Source: Bacteroidota bacterium (lineage in GTDB: Bacteria; Bacteroidota; Bacteroidia; 2-12-FULL-35-15). From it: a stretch of 64,000 nt of DNA. Position 1 is the first letter of the stretch; every line of letters begins with the position of its first letter. The translations under genes and the position numbers were made by a program. Positions 35,298-45,850 of the stretch are shown piece by piece. The stretch lies in NCBI GenBank assembly GCA_029237775.1, contig JAQZBR010000003.1, forward strand, positions 24,214-88,213. The letters are read 5' to 3'. The notes below the pieces were generated by a model that worked only from the letters and a program-made list of their open reading frames with translations, did not search any database and had not been told where the DNA came from.

Positions 35298-36515
35298 ATG
35301 AAAACATCTAAGGAACTATTGGCTTCTCTTACTCAAACTGCATTAATGCCCCAGGAAGAAATGCTGGAGGTAGCGCGCAAAAAAGGTAAATTATTCATTG
35401 GAATTCCCAAGGAGCTTTCTTTTCAGGAAAACAGGGTTGCATTGGTTCCTGATGCAGTTGCATTGCTTGTGAATAACGGGCATAGGATAGTTGTAGAGAC
35501 CAATGCCGGTAAGATGGCTAATTTTCAGGATAATGACTACAGTGAAGCAGGAGCCCAGATCGTTTACAGCGCAGAAGATGTGTACAAAGCTGATATTATT
35601 TTAAAAGTTGCTCCGCCTTCTCCGCAGGAAATTATGATGATGCAGCAGAAGCAAACGCTTATTTCTGCATTACAGCTGACAGTTCAGCCCGAAGATTTTC
35701 TGAAACAATTAATGAATAAGAAGATCACCGCGATCGCTTTTGACTGGATAAAGGATCAGGATGGGATTTACAGTGTGATCAGATCGATGGGGGAGATTGC
35801 GGGCGGGACATCCATATTAATTGCTGCCGAGTATTTGAGTAATGTTAATAACGGACAAGGTGCTATTCTCGGTGGTATTTCCGGAATTTCTCCTACGGAA
35901 GTTGTGATCCTTGGAGCCGGGACTGTGGGTGAATTTGCAACGCGCGCTGCATTAGGTCTGGGAGCTTCCGTTAAAGTATTTGATAATTCTATTTATAAAT
36001 TAAGACGTTTACAGAGTGATATAGGGACGAGAATCTTCACATCTGTTATTCAGCCCCGTGTTCTTGCAAAGCATCTGCGTACTGCGGATGTTGTGATTGG
36101 TGCGATCCGCGCCCCGAACGGAAGAACTCCTTGTGTGGTAACTGAAGAAATGGTAAGCGAGATGAAAGTCGGCTCGGTGATCATTGACGTCAGCATCGAT
36201 CAGGGCGGCTGTTTTGAAACATCTGAAGTGACAAATCATTCTAAGCCTGTATTCCGCAAACACGGAGTGATTCATTATTGTGTTCCCAACATTGCATCTC
36301 GTGTTTCGCGCACTGCTTCGTATGCGCTTAGTACGATTTTCGCTCCGATCCTTTTGAACATCGGTGAAGAAGGTGGAGTAGAAAACATGTTGCGCAGAGA
36401 TGAAGGAGTACGTAACGGGATCTATGTTTATAATGGCGTGTTGACAAGTCAGGTCCTCGGAGAGATGTTCAAACTGCCGTATAAGGATATCAACTTATTC
36501 ATGGCTGGAATGTAA
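35298..36515 (+). CDS. ald: Alanine dehydrogenase family protein
   Basis: IGIPKE, ENRVAL, GAGTVG, DVSIDQGGCFETS and HYCVPN motifs. Confidence 0.9.
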   Translation: MKTSKELLASLTQTALMPQEEMLEVARKKGKLFIGIPKELSFQENRVALVPDAVALLVNNGHRIVVETNAGKMANFQDNDYSEAGAQIVYSAEDVYKADIILKVAPPSPQEIMMMQQKQTLISALQLTVQPEDFLKQLMNKKITAIAFDWIKDQDGIYSVIRSMGEIAGGTSILIAAEYLSNVNNGQGAILGGISGISPTEVVILGAGTVGEFATRAALGLGASVKVFDNSIYKLRRLQSDIGTRIFTSVIQPRVLAKHLRTADVVIGAIRAPNGRTPCVVTEEMVSEMKVGSVIIDVSIDQGGCFETSEVTNHSKPVFRKHGVIHYCVPNIASRVSRTASYALSTIFAPILLNIGEEGGVENMLRRDEGVRNGIYVYNGVLTSQVLGEMFKLPYKDINLFMAGM

Positions 36516-36696
36516 AACAATTGGAGAGTTGGAGAATTGTTGGTTTGGAGAATTTTGATAATTGCTGACAAGCACCCTTACGTTCTCACTACACACAGAC
36601 CATTAACTTTTAACCTTTCAAGTAATTTTCAATTGACCATTTCGCAGATAATTAATCCCTAATAACCAATTTCCTAATTAACCATTAAACTAAATC

Positions 36697-37116
36697 ATGG
36701 CTCTCCCTTCAAAAAACGCTGACCTTTACAGACGCTTACGATTTTATGGTTTTGGTTTTTTATTGGGCTGTCTGGTAGTAAGTATTCTTTTCAAAGGAAG
36801 AAGCTGTCAGATGCCGGGCTCTGCGAAATTAGAGGAGCTTAGTTATCAGCAACTGCAGTTAACAGTTCATGGTGAATGCAGAATGAAATGCAGAAATATT
36901 TCGGAAGCGGAAATCAAAGATGTTTTAAAGACAGGCAAGATCAATTACGATAAAAGTAATGTTCGGGATAAACCATGCGGGACGTATGCGGTGGAGGGCA
37001 AAACGGCTGACGGGCAAAATGTAAGGATCGTAATTGCAGATTGTGATACTATTTCAAAGGTGGTTACCGCGATAGATCTCAGTAGTGAAAAAGTTGCCTG
37101 CGATTGTAATGATTAG
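36697..37116 (+). CDS. DUF4258-like membrane-anchored protein
   Basis: N-terminal TM; HGECRMKCRNISEAEI motif. Confidence 0.7.
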   Translation: MALPSKNADLYRRLRFYGFGFLLGCLVVSILFKGRSCQMPGSAKLEELSYQQLQLTVHGECRMKCRNISEAEIKDVLKTGKINYDKSNVRDKPCGTYAVEGKTADGQNVRIVIADCDTISKVVTAIDLSSEKVACDCND

Positions 37117-37168
37117 TAAATGAAATTTCGTCCGGCATTCTTCTCTTTCCAGAAATTATTTCTCAGCA

Positions 37169-38335
37169 TCACTTTAATTTCCTTCTCTCTTTTTCCTTAA
37201 TGATGAGGCTTAATTCTCTTCCTGTTTGTCCTTTAACTGAAGTGTTTTCCTGGGCCCTGCGAATCAGATAAGGTAAAACTTCACGAACCGGCCCGTAAGG
37301 AACATATTTCGCAACATTATAACCAGCATTAGCAAGGTTAAAGCTGATATGATCACTCATTCCAAGAAGTTGCGAGAAATAAATATGTTTGTGGTTAAAA
37401 GGTATGTTTTTCTTATTCATTAGCTCCGCGAGCTTCATTGAACTATGTTCATTGTGTGTGCCTGCACAGATCGCGATCCTGTCGATATGCTCAATACAAA
37501 ACTCTACTGCCGCATCATAATCACGGTCCGAATTTTCTTTTGTATCCTGGATAGGTGAGGGGTAAGATCTCTCAAGTGCGCGTTTACGTTCTTTTTCCAT
37601 GTAGGCACCGCGGACAAGTTTAGCTCCTAAAAAATAGTTATTCTCTTTTGCTTTTTCGAAGGAATGACGCAGGTATGACAACCGATCTTTCCGGTACAAT
37701 TGGTAGGTGTTATAAACGATAGCTTTTTCTGTATTGAATAAAACCATCATCTGGTTTGCCAGATTGTCGATCGCTTCCTGGATCCAGCTTTCTTCAGCAT
37801 CAATAAAAACAGGAACCCCTGCTTCATTTGCCGCTTTGCAAATTGCACTCACTCTCAACTGAACTCTTCCGTATTCTTTCTGTTCTTCTGAATTCAATTG
37901 GTCCTTCGCGCTTACTTTTTCGAGTAATTCAAAGCGTGCTAATCCGGTGACTTTAAAAACGCTGAATGGAATGTGTTTATCATTCTTTGCTTTTTGAATA
38001 GTAGCAATAGTTTCTTCCCTGCATGCATCAAAATCTTTCTCGGTCTCTTTGCCTTCAACCGAATAATCCAGTATCGTTCCTATATTGAACTTTCCAAGCT
38101 CTGCAATTGCTCTGTCACATTCCTCGATTGTTTCTCCTCCGCAAAATTGTTTGAATATTGTTGCTTTTATCAGCCCTTTAATAGGAAGATGTGTCTTTAA
38201 TGCAAAAGTCGTCAGTGACTTACCTGCATTCACAAACGTGCTGTTCGAAACCATTTTAAAAAGCCAGTAAGATCTGTTAAGATCATTGTTTGACTTTCCT
38301 GAAAAAGCGACTTCTGTATTGTTAAATGAAAGCAT
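37169..38335 (-). CDS. Monofunctional proline dehydrogenase
   Basis: QFCGGE, IDAEE, KLVRGAY, QLLGM and YLIRRAQEN motifs; start taken at ATG 38335. Confidence 0.94.
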   Translation of the reverse strand: MLSFNNTEVAFSGKSNNDLNRSYWLFKMVSNSTFVNAGKSLTTFALKTHLPIKGLIKATIFKQFCGGETIEECDRAIAELGKFNIGTILDYSVEGKETEKDFDACREETIATIQKAKNDKHIPFSVFKVTGLARFELLEKVSAKDQLNSEEQKEYGRVQLRVSAICKAANEAGVPVFIDAEESWIQEAIDNLANQMMVLFNTEKAIVYNTYQLYRKDRLSYLRHSFEKAKENNYFLGAKLVRGAYMEKERKRALERSYPSPIQDTKENSDRDYDAAVEFCIEHIDRIAICAGTHNEHSSMKLAELMNKKNIPFNHKHIYFSQLLGMSDHISFNLANAGYNVAKYVPYGPVREVLPYLIRRAQENTSVKGQTGRELSLIIKEKERRKLK

Positions 38336-38379
38336 AGTTATTTTTAATTTCAAATCCAATATTTAATTTTTTCACCTTT

Positions 38380-38481
38380 CACTTCTCCACTTCTCCACTT
38401 CTCCACTTCTCCACTTCTCCACTTCTCCACTTCTCCAATTCTCCAATTCTCCAATTCTCCAATTCTCCAATTCTCCAATTC
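38380..38481. repeat. Compound 8-bp tandem repeat (CACTTCTC)x7 (CAATTCTC)x5 plus a partial unit
   Basis: Read directly; lies in the divergent proline dehydrogenase/aroB intergenic region. Confidence 0.95.
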
Positions 38482-38594
38482 AAAAGAGGCGGTAAAGATA
38501 AGGCCTTGAAATGACAAATAAAACCTAAATAATAAATCAATAAGGCTTGTAAAAACAATCAATTGCTTGGTTATATTTGTATTAACCAAGTTTT

Positions 38595-39680
38595 ATGACA
38601 GAAATCAGGTCAGCGGGATATTCCGTTTTCATCAATAAAGACATCGCGGCTGAGATCAACCGGTTTTTTGAATCGGCTGGCTCCCGCTATTCAAAGATCT
38701 TTATCCTTGTGGATGAAAATTCAATGAAACATTGTTATCCGCAGCTTGTGGAAAAGATTGAAGCATTTAAGGACGCTGAGCTGATCGAGATAGAAAGTGG
38801 TGAAGAAAATAAAACTCTTGAAGTTTGCGCGCAGATCTGGAAAACGCTCTCAGAGTTCGGTGCCGACAGAAAATCACTCTTTGTCAATTTAGGTGGAGGT
38901 GTCATTTGTGACATGGGCGGATTCATTGCATCCACATTTAAGCGCGGCATCTCTTTCATTAATATTCCCACAACTTTATTATCGCAGGTGGATGCTTCAG
39001 TTGGTGGTAAAACGGGTATCGATCTCGATCATCTTAAAAATGAGATCGGTGTGTTCAGTGCTCCTTCAGCTGTTTTCATTAATCCTGATTTTATTCATAC
39101 GCTCGATAAAAGACAGTTACTTTCCGGTTTTGCTGAAGTAATTAAACACGGGCTTATTGCAGATGTTCAATATTGGGACCTGATAAAACAGACAGACGCT
39201 TTGTATATTGATGATGCCGAAAAACTGATCGCTGCGTCAGTTCGTATAAAGAATAAGATTATTCTTGAAGATCCGAATGAAGCCAACTTACGAAAAATAT
39301 TAAATTTCGGACATACGATCGGACATGCAATTGAATCCTTCTTTCTGATGAATAACAAAACACTCCTTCATGGTGAGGCTATTGCTGTCGGGATGATCTG
39401 TGAGGCGTATATTTCTTCAAAAGAGTGCGGTTTGAGTGATGTTGCTTTATCTGAGATCACTTCTTACATTTTAGATTCATATAAAGCAGTCCCAATTAAG
39501 ACTACTGATCACGCAAAGCTCATAGAGCTGATGAAGCATGATAAAAAAAATGAAAACGACAGTATAATGTTCTCGCTGCTTTCCGGAATAGGAAAGTGTG
39601 AAATTAATTGTAAGGTCAATAATGATGTTATCCTCGAATCGTTAAAATATTATTCTGGGAAAACTAAAACTGTCAAGTAA
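38595..39680 (+). CDS. aroB: 3-dehydroquinate synthase
   Basis: GGGVICDMGGF, PTTLLSQVDASVGGKTG, LNFGHT and HGEA motifs. Confidence 0.97.
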   Translation: MTEIRSAGYSVFINKDIAAEINRFFESAGSRYSKIFILVDENSMKHCYPQLVEKIEAFKDAELIEIESGEENKTLEVCAQIWKTLSEFGADRKSLFVNLGGGVICDMGGFIASTFKRGISFINIPTTLLSQVDASVGGKTGIDLDHLKNEIGVFSAPSAVFINPDFIHTLDKRQLLSGFAEVIKHGLIADVQYWDLIKQTDALYIDDAEKLIAASVRIKNKIILEDPNEANLRKILNFGHTIGHAIESFFLMNNKTLLHGEAIAVGMICEAYISSKECGLSDVALSEITSYILDSYKAVPIKTTDHAKLIELMKHDKKNENDSIMFSLLSGIGKCEINCKVNNDVILESLKYYSGKTKTVK

Positions 39681-39681
39681 T

Positions 39682-40923
39682 ATGAATTATCGAATATCGC
39701 ATCCCGCAAAGAAAATAAGCGGTACAATCGAACTTACTGCATCAAAAAGTGAAAGTAATCGCGCATTGATTATTCAGGCTTTGTGTGAGGAAGAATTTGA
39801 GATCAAAAATCTCGCAAAGGCGCAGGACACACAAACCTTAGAGGATATACTTTACACGCCCGGAGCCAGGACAATTGATGTGGGGCCAGCGGGAACAGTT
39901 ATGCGTTTTTTAACAGCTTATTATTCATCACGGCCGGGAACACGTATATTGACCGGTTCGGATAGGATGAAAAAAAGGCCGATAGGTATTTTAGTAGAGG
40001 CGCTTCGTCAGTTAGGCGCTAATATAACTTATACAGAGAATGATGGTTTTCCTCCGATCAAAATTGAAGGAAGAACATTGAAGGGGGGAGAGATAGAAAT
40101 TGACGGAAGTGTAAGCAGTCAGTTTATTTCAGCATTGTTATTGATCTCTCCTGTATTTCAAAACGGCCTTGTAATTAAGTTCAAAGGCGAGGTAACCTCG
40201 AGGCCGTATATCAATATGACATTGAAAATGCTTGAGGAATTTCGTGTTTATGGTGTTTGGCATGATAACTCAATTTCAGTAAGCAAGCAGAATTATCATG
40301 TGAAAAGCGAATCTGATTATGCGTACAGTATAGAGGGAGACTGGAGTTCTGCTTCCTATTGGTATGCAATGGTTGCCTTAGCTCAGGAGGCTGACCTTAC
40401 AGTGAAGGGTTTGAAGAATCCAAGCTTGCAAGGAGATTCAATTGTTGCTGACGTGTTCTCTTTCTTCGGAGTGAAAACGGAATATATAACCGATGGAATC
40501 CGGTTAACTAAGATCAGGGTAAAAGATGAACATTTTGGATTCGATTTTTCTGATTGCCCGGATATTGCCCAAACAGTTGCGTTAACAGCTGCGGCTTTAC
40601 AGATCCCATGTTTCTTGAATGGTTTGCATACCCTTCGTATCAAGGAAACCGACAGAATTGTTGCTCTTCGGAATGAATTGAAAAAAATGAATGTGGAGGT
40701 TGAGATACTGAGTGATCAGTCAATTAAGATAATTCCTTCTGACCAATTAAAAGCTCCTGAGATCATTAATACGTATGAGGATCACCGCATGGCAATGGCT
40801 TTCGCAGCATTGGCCCTTAAATTAGATTCTGTAGTAATTGAGCAACCGGAAGTAGTGAAGAAGTCTTATCCTGCTTTCTGGAATGATTTAAAAAAACTTG
40901 GATTTCAAATTGAAGAAGTCTGA
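39682..40923 (+). CDS. aroA: EPSP synthase
   Basis: SKSESNR, SSQFISALL, LRIKETDR and DHRMAM motifs. Confidence 0.97.
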   Translation: MNYRISHPAKKISGTIELTASKSESNRALIIQALCEEEFEIKNLAKAQDTQTLEDILYTPGARTIDVGPAGTVMRFLTAYYSSRPGTRILTGSDRMKKRPIGILVEALRQLGANITYTENDGFPPIKIEGRTLKGGEIEIDGSVSSQFISALLLISPVFQNGLVIKFKGEVTSRPYINMTLKMLEEFRVYGVWHDNSISVSKQNYHVKSESDYAYSIEGDWSSASYWYAMVALAQEADLTVKGLKNPSLQGDSIVADVFSFFGVKTEYITDGIRLTKIRVKDEHFGFDFSDCPDIAQTVALTAAALQIPCFLNGLHTLRIKETDRIVALRNELKKMNVEVEILSDQSIKIIPSDQLKAPEIINTYEDHRMAMAFAALALKLDSVVIEQPEVVKKSYPAFWNDLKKLGFQIEEV

Positions 40924-41018
40924 GACCAGTCTGTTGTTATTCAGATTATAAGAGTCTTGAAATTCTATATATTTGGAAAGCTTTTTGAATTTTGACTTTG
41001 TTCTCTTTTGCCTTTTTA

Positions 41019-41840
41019 TTATTCTAAAAGCTTATCAAAGTGCTTCACGAACTCTTCGGGGTACAATCGGCTTGCCAGTATGTGACCTCCTTTGATCTCC
41101 CAGAATTCTTTTGGTGTTTTAGCCTTCTCGTATAGATCTTTTCCCATGAAGAACGGACACGTACCATCTTCCGTGCTGTGTATGATCAATTTCGGAACAG
41201 TAACATCATCAATATAGTCGATCGCTTCATATTTAGTTCTCACAAAAAGCCTTGCCACCCAAGGTGGCGCTCCATGTTCGCCACCAACAAACACTGCCAT
41301 CAACTCATGCCCTGAAAAAGCGCCTTCCACCACCAATGCATCTATCATTGAATTTTCTTTTGCAGCCACTACGCATGATAAATGTCCGCCCAATGATTGT
41401 CCAAACAAAATAAGCTTTGTGTTTTTTACATCTTCCCTCGCTTTAATGTATTTCAAGGCACAAAGACCGTCATCAAGAACTTTCTCCTGTGAGGGAGAAC
41501 CGGTTGAGTTACCGTATCCTTCATAATCAAATACCATTACCTGATAACCTGCCTGCACAAGAGGCTTAGCGAATTGATATTGATATGAAATATTTCCCCC
41601 GTTGCCGTGAAACTGCAAGACAGTTGCTTTTATCTTTTGAGTTTTAGGTTTTAGAAACCAGCCGTTTAGCGTATTGCCATTACCTGACTTAAAATTTATG
41701 ACTTCTACATTATAGATCGAAGTGTCAGGAGATTGTCCCAGCTCTTTTGTCGGAGCATAAAAAAAAGTAGAGGTACTGCAGGAAGCGAGAATGGTTATTG
41801 TAATTAAGAATATCAAGCACTCTTTAAACTTTCCTAGCAT
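41019..41840 (-). CDS. Alpha/beta hydrolase lipoprotein
   Basis: ILASC lipobox, FHGNGG and the GQSLG nucleophile elbow. Confidence 0.88.
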   Translation of the reverse strand: MLGKFKECLIFLITITILASCSTSTFFYAPTKELGQSPDTSIYNVEVINFKSGNGNTLNGWFLKPKTQKIKATVLQFHGNGGNISYQYQFAKPLVQAGYQVMVFDYEGYGNSTGSPSQEKVLDDGLCALKYIKAREDVKNTKLILFGQSLGGHLSCVVAAKENSMIDALVVEGAFSGHELMAVFVGGEHGAPPWVARLFVRTKYEAIDYIDDVTVPKLIIHSTEDGTCPFFMGKDLYEKAKTPKEFWEIKGGHILASRLYPEEFVKHFDKLLE

Positions 41841-41952
41841 TGCAAACACCGGTTAAATATCGATAGTATATCCGTAATCCAAATTTAGTATTATTTGTTT
41901 CGCCTGCTAACTTTTGTATATTTGTTTATAATATTAATTTAAAACAAAAATA

Positions 41953-42141
41953 ATGGCAACAGGCACAGTAAAGTTTTTTAATGTTTCTAAAGGATTTGGA
42001 TTCATTACAACTGATTCAGGACAGGAGTTATTTGTCCACGTTACAGGTTTAGTGGATCAGATCCGCGATGGCGATAAAGTAACATTTGATGAGCAGGAAG
42101 GTAAAAAAGGATTAAATGCTGTGAATGTAAAAAAAGCATAA
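41953..42141 (+). CDS. Cold-shock protein (second copy)
   Basis: KGFGFI and LFVHV motifs; TATATTTG box upstream. Confidence 0.95.
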   Translation: MATGTVKFFNVSKGFGFITTDSGQELFVHVTGLVDQIRDGDKVTFDEQEGKKGLNAVNVKKA

Positions 42142-42164
42142 TATTCATTTCGACTTTGAATAAG

Positions 42165-42191
42165 AACGCTTCCAACCGGAGGCGTTTTTTT
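42165..42191 (+). terminator. Intrinsic terminator
   Basis: AACGCTTCC-AACC-GGAGGCGTTTTTTT. Confidence 0.8.
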
Positions 42192-42786
42192 ATTTTGGTA
42201 TTCTCAGCCATCCATTTGGGGTCTTTTTCTTACCCACCGTAAACAGGCCCTCGTGTCTTTGTAAGGGAAACGTTTCTCTTGGAGTCATAAAAATATTCTG
42301 CTGGATAACTTCAATATCCTCTTCATTAACCTTAGTGACAATGGCAACATGTCCATACTTTCCTCCAAACACAAGTATGTCATTCACATTAGGAGCCTCG
42401 TTGCTGCCATTTGTAAATTGTAGAAGTCCTCGTTGTTTATTAAGCTCACCTGAAAGTATTTTTGGATCATAGAAATCTTTCGCATGTCCCATTCCATCAG
42501 GCATAGTAAAATGAAGATAATCGTGATAATATCTTTTAATGAACTCCACACATTGCCATTTTTTGCCATAATAAAATGAGCGATCCTTGTTGTAATGCTT
42601 ACCATGGCTTTTAGAGTAATTCATTCCGTTATTATAAACGATAATGCCATTTTCTGAATCAACCGAATCACCAACCGAGAATGAGCGTGAAAGTATATTA
42701 AGAGGATAGCGTTTGTTGAAGAACAGAAAGTAGACACCTAAAAGAATTGTTAAGAAAAGTAACAGTGAAAGAAGGGGTTTTTTCAT
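42190..42786 (-). CDS. CHAP-domain amidase
   Basis: N-terminal TM; WQCVEF (Cys), YGHVAIV (His) and QQN motifs. Confidence 0.9.
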   Translation of the reverse strand: MKKPLLSLLLFLTILLGVYFLFFNKRYPLNILSRSFSVGDSVDSENGIIVYNNGMNYSKSHGKHYNKDRSFYYGKKWQCVEFIKRYYHDYLHFTMPDGMGHAKDFYDPKILSGELNKQRGLLQFTNGSNEAPNVNDILVFGGKYGHVAIVTKVNEEDIEVIQQNIFMTPRETFPLQRHEGLFTVGKKKTPNGWLRIPK

Positions 42787-42863
42787 TCCGGAAATATATC
42801 GCTGATGTGCTATTTTTTACCAAACACAGATTCGTAATTCGTCTGATTCGCAATTCGTAGACG

Positions 42864-43853
42864 TTAGTCATCATGCCCTTTAACATCCCTCGTTTTTCCA
42901 TTCTTCCAAAGGTCTTCTTCTGCCTGTTGAACCTTCTTCAGAGAATCTGAGATCTCCTTGTTTTCAAAGCGGTTAAGATCCGGCTTGCCGGCATTGATCC
43001 AGGCAGTGTACCAAAGGCTTCCAATTGTGATGATAGCTGTGCGCATTCTTCTCTCAACCATACCTTCGATCATCTTGTCATAATCTTCTGTATACTCTTT
43101 GGAGTAAACTTTCATCAGCATTGTCCCACGGTTCTCAAAACTGTATTTTTTATCCGTGGGATATTTTGCATTCAGCTCAGCTTCGAATTTTAAAACAGAA
43201 TCGACTGCAGCGTGACTTGCTTTGATTGTTTGCCAGGCGAGGTCGATAGGCCTTTCAACGTATCTTGCTTTTCCTACAAAGTAATCATAGCCTTCTGATT
43301 TCAGTTCAGGGATACGTGACTCCCAAAAGCCATGAATTCCTTTCTGATTCGTCATCTGCCCGTTATAGTTTTCCGTGGTGTGCAAAGGAACGTGCGAATC
43401 AGCAATGTAATGGCCAAGATCAGCGGAATAGTGCAGGATCAGATCCATGTTCTCGTCTTTAAAGGCTTCTGTTAAACGATATACCATCTTTTCAATATGC
43501 CATGGTACAATTCCGTATGCCTTCAGTGTATCTTCCGAATATTTCTTCACTGCATTTTTCCAGAATTTAGGCACCGAATCAAATGCATATTCACCGTAGT
43601 GATCGATGTCAATGTAATGTCGAGGTGCTTCATCAGGATTTGCATATCTGCGTTTGTCGGGATCAACAGCGTGTTCGGTGATGTATTCGATATGCGATTT
43701 GTAAAATCCCATCATTTCAGAAGGCAAAGTAAAAACAGCCATCCTGTTGATTTTCTTATGCGCAAAAAATCCCCAGGAGTAGGCAGCATCTTTTCCCGGT
43801 TTAAAAATCAGGAAGCATGATAAAATGATTAATGCAATAAGAAATTTTTTCAT
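42864..43853 (-). CDS. Zn-dependent phospholipase C / S1-P1 nuclease family, secreted
   Basis: Signal peptide then WGFFAH; HYIDID, HYIADSHVPLH and HGFWES motifs. Confidence 0.88.
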   Translation of the reverse strand: MKKFLIALIILSCFLIFKPGKDAAYSWGFFAHKKINRMAVFTLPSEMMGFYKSHIEYITEHAVDPDKRRYANPDEAPRHYIDIDHYGEYAFDSVPKFWKNAVKKYSEDTLKAYGIVPWHIEKMVYRLTEAFKDENMDLILHYSADLGHYIADSHVPLHTTENYNGQMTNQKGIHGFWESRIPELKSEGYDYFVGKARYVERPIDLAWQTIKASHAAVDSVLKFEAELNAKYPTDKKYSFENRGTMLMKVYSKEYTEDYDKMIEGMVERRMRTAIITIGSLWYTAWINAGKPDLNRFENKEISDSLKKVQQAEEDLWKNGKTRDVKGHDD

Positions 43854-43924
43854 TGATATACAAGATGATCGAAAGACTGAATTTATCAGGATTTCACGGA
43901 AATCAAATTTACAAAAAAAGACGT

Positions 43925-44644
43925 TTAAGATAACCTGATGAGATGTTTTCCCTCAAGTACTGGGATCGCTTTCGTGAGGTCTGTTTGCATGCAGTATTTG
44001 ATATCGGCTTTCAGTCCCATGGCAGCAAGACGCTCCGCATGTGAGGAATTATGAAGAAAGCGGTAAGGGTTTTTCTTCGCTACGCTGTAAAGGGAAGCCA
44101 TAGCCAGGGCCGCATCCCCGGTTCTGAAATGTCCGGTTCCGACAAGTCTTTCAGTCACCGCACCCGCGAACAGACTGTCTTCAAGGTTAAATCTGTTTTT
44201 CCAACCGGAACAAAGAAGAAGCACATTTCGTTGTTGTGAAGCAAGCCATTCACAAAGCGCGCTGATATTTGTAAATGCGCCAACTACAATTTTATAAGAA
44301 TGCCTTGCAGCTTCTATGGCCTGTGTGCCGTTTGTGGTAGAGATCACCACAGTCTGCCCTTTTAAAGCTTCATTGATATATGAGTAAGGGGAATTACCGA
44401 AATCAAATCCTTCTATTGCAAAACCGTTACGCTCAGCTCCGACAATAAAACCCTGCTTTTTGTATTCAGTTGCTTCTTCAATGGTTGCGACCGGGATCAT
44501 TTTTTCAACCCCGTGTTCAAAGGCGGTGCAGATGGCTGAAGTAGCCCTCAGTACATCTATGACAACAACAATGTGATCATCTTTGTGATAAACCGGATAC
44601 AGTTGTGGCGACAGGCAAACATCAACAGTCAGTTTTTTTTCCAT
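43925..44644 (-). CDS. 2-phosphosulfolactate phosphatase (ComB) family protein
   Basis: VIDVLRATS, GNSP, TTNGT and EDSLFAG motifs. Confidence 0.9.
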   Translation of the reverse strand: MEKKLTVDVCLSPQLYPVYHKDDHIVVVIDVLRATSAICTAFEHGVEKMIPVATIEEATEYKKQGFIVGAERNGFAIEGFDFGNSPYSYINEALKGQTVVISTTNGTQAIEAARHSYKIVVGAFTNISALCEWLASQQRNVLLLCSGWKNRFNLEDSLFAGAVTERLVGTGHFRTGDAALAMASLYSVAKKNPYRFLHNSSHAERLAAMGLKADIKYCMQTDLTKAIPVLEGKHLIRLS

Positions 44645-44659
44645 AAAGCTTTGAATGTC

Positions 44660-45760
44660 TTAAGCTTTATAAAAAGGAAGTTTGACAACTTTTGCTTTGA
44701 TAGCTTTATCGCGGATCATGATGGAGATCTCAGTATCTGCTTTTGCAAATTCTGTTTTTACGTACCCCATTCCAATTCCTTTGTTCAGAGAAGGCGATTG
44801 AGTTCCGGATGTCACTTTACCGATAATGTTTCCTGATGTATCTGCAATTGTGTAATCGTGACGAGGAATTCCGCGTTCGATCATCTCGAATCCAACAAGC
44901 TTTTTCGAAACACCTTTTTCTTTTTGCTCAAGTATTGCAGATTTATTGGTGAAGTCTTTCGTGAATTTTGTGATCCATCCTAAACCAGCCTCAATAGGTG
45001 ATGTTGTGTCATCAATGTCGTTTCCATAGAGGCAGAATCCCATCTCCAATCGAAGTGTATCGCGGGCACCTAAGCCAATTGGTTTCATACCAAATTCAGC
45101 TCCGGCTGCAAAAATTGCGTCCCACATTTTTTCCGCTACTTCATTCGCGAAATAAATTTCAAATCCGCCTGCACCTGTATATCCTGTGTTTGATATTACA
45201 ACATTTGCTTCTCCGTTAAATGTTCCTTTCTTAAATGTGTAGTATTGGATCTCTGATAAATTAATGTCAGTTAGTTTTTGAAGCGCAAGAATCGCTTTTG
45301 GTCCCTGAACTGCAAGTAAAGAAACATCATCGGAAATGTTTTTCATCTCAACACCTTTTGTATTGAACTTGCTGATCCAGTTCCAGTCTTTTTCAATATT
45401 GGATGCATTTACAACAAGCATGTATTCTTTTTCATTGATACGGTAAACCAAAAGGTCGTCAACAATCCCTCCTTTGTCATTCGGCAAACATGAATACTGG
45501 ATCTTTCCATCAGTCAGCACTGCAGCGTCATTCGATGTTACACGCTGGATCAGATCCAAAGCACCATCACCTTTAAGAATAAACTCGCCCATATGGCTAA
45601 CGTCAAAAACTCCGACAGCGTTTCGCACGGTTAAATGCTCTTCATTTAGTCCGGTATAAGACACAGGCATATTATAGCCCGCGAATGGAACCATCTTCGC
45701 ACCAAGTGCCGTATGTTTTTTTTCTAATGCAACGCTTTTTAATTCTGTAGATGTTTCCAT
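44660..45760 (-). CDS. gcvT: Glycine cleavage system aminomethyltransferase T
   Basis: [18 protein letters not shown] and [13 protein letters not shown] motifs. Confidence 0.97.
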   Translation of the reverse strand: METSTELKSVALEKKHTALGAKMVPFAGYNMPVSYTGLNEEHLTVRNAVGVFDVSHMGEFILKGDGALDLIQRVTSNDAAVLTDGKIQYSCLPNDKGGIVDDLLVYRINEKEYMLVVNASNIEKDWNWISKFNTKGVEMKNISDDVSLLAVQGPKAILALQKLTDINLSEIQYYTFKKGTFNGEANVVISNTGYTGAGGFEIYFANEVAEKMWDAIFAAGAEFGMKPIGLGARDTLRLEMGFCLYGNDIDDTTSPIEAGLGWITKFTKDFTNKSAILEQKEKGVSKKLVGFEMIERGIPRHDYTIADTSGNIIGKVTSGTQSPSLNKGIGMGYVKTEFAKADTEISIMIRDKAIKAKVVKLPFYKA

Positions 45761-45850
45761 TTATATGTTTCTTTTACTGATTGTAGATGATTGACAGGCT
45801 TGGTTTTGGCCGCCCGAAGCATTTAGTTTTTGCAAAACAAATGTACGTTT

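Noticed and set aside
38350-38589. 79-aa ORF with ELENWRIG/EVEKWRSG repeats
   Set aside because: It is simply the translation of the 8-bp tandem array.
42190-42786. Prophage endolysin
   Set aside because: There is no holin, structural gene or integrase nearby; it is a stand-alone membrane-anchored CHAP protein.
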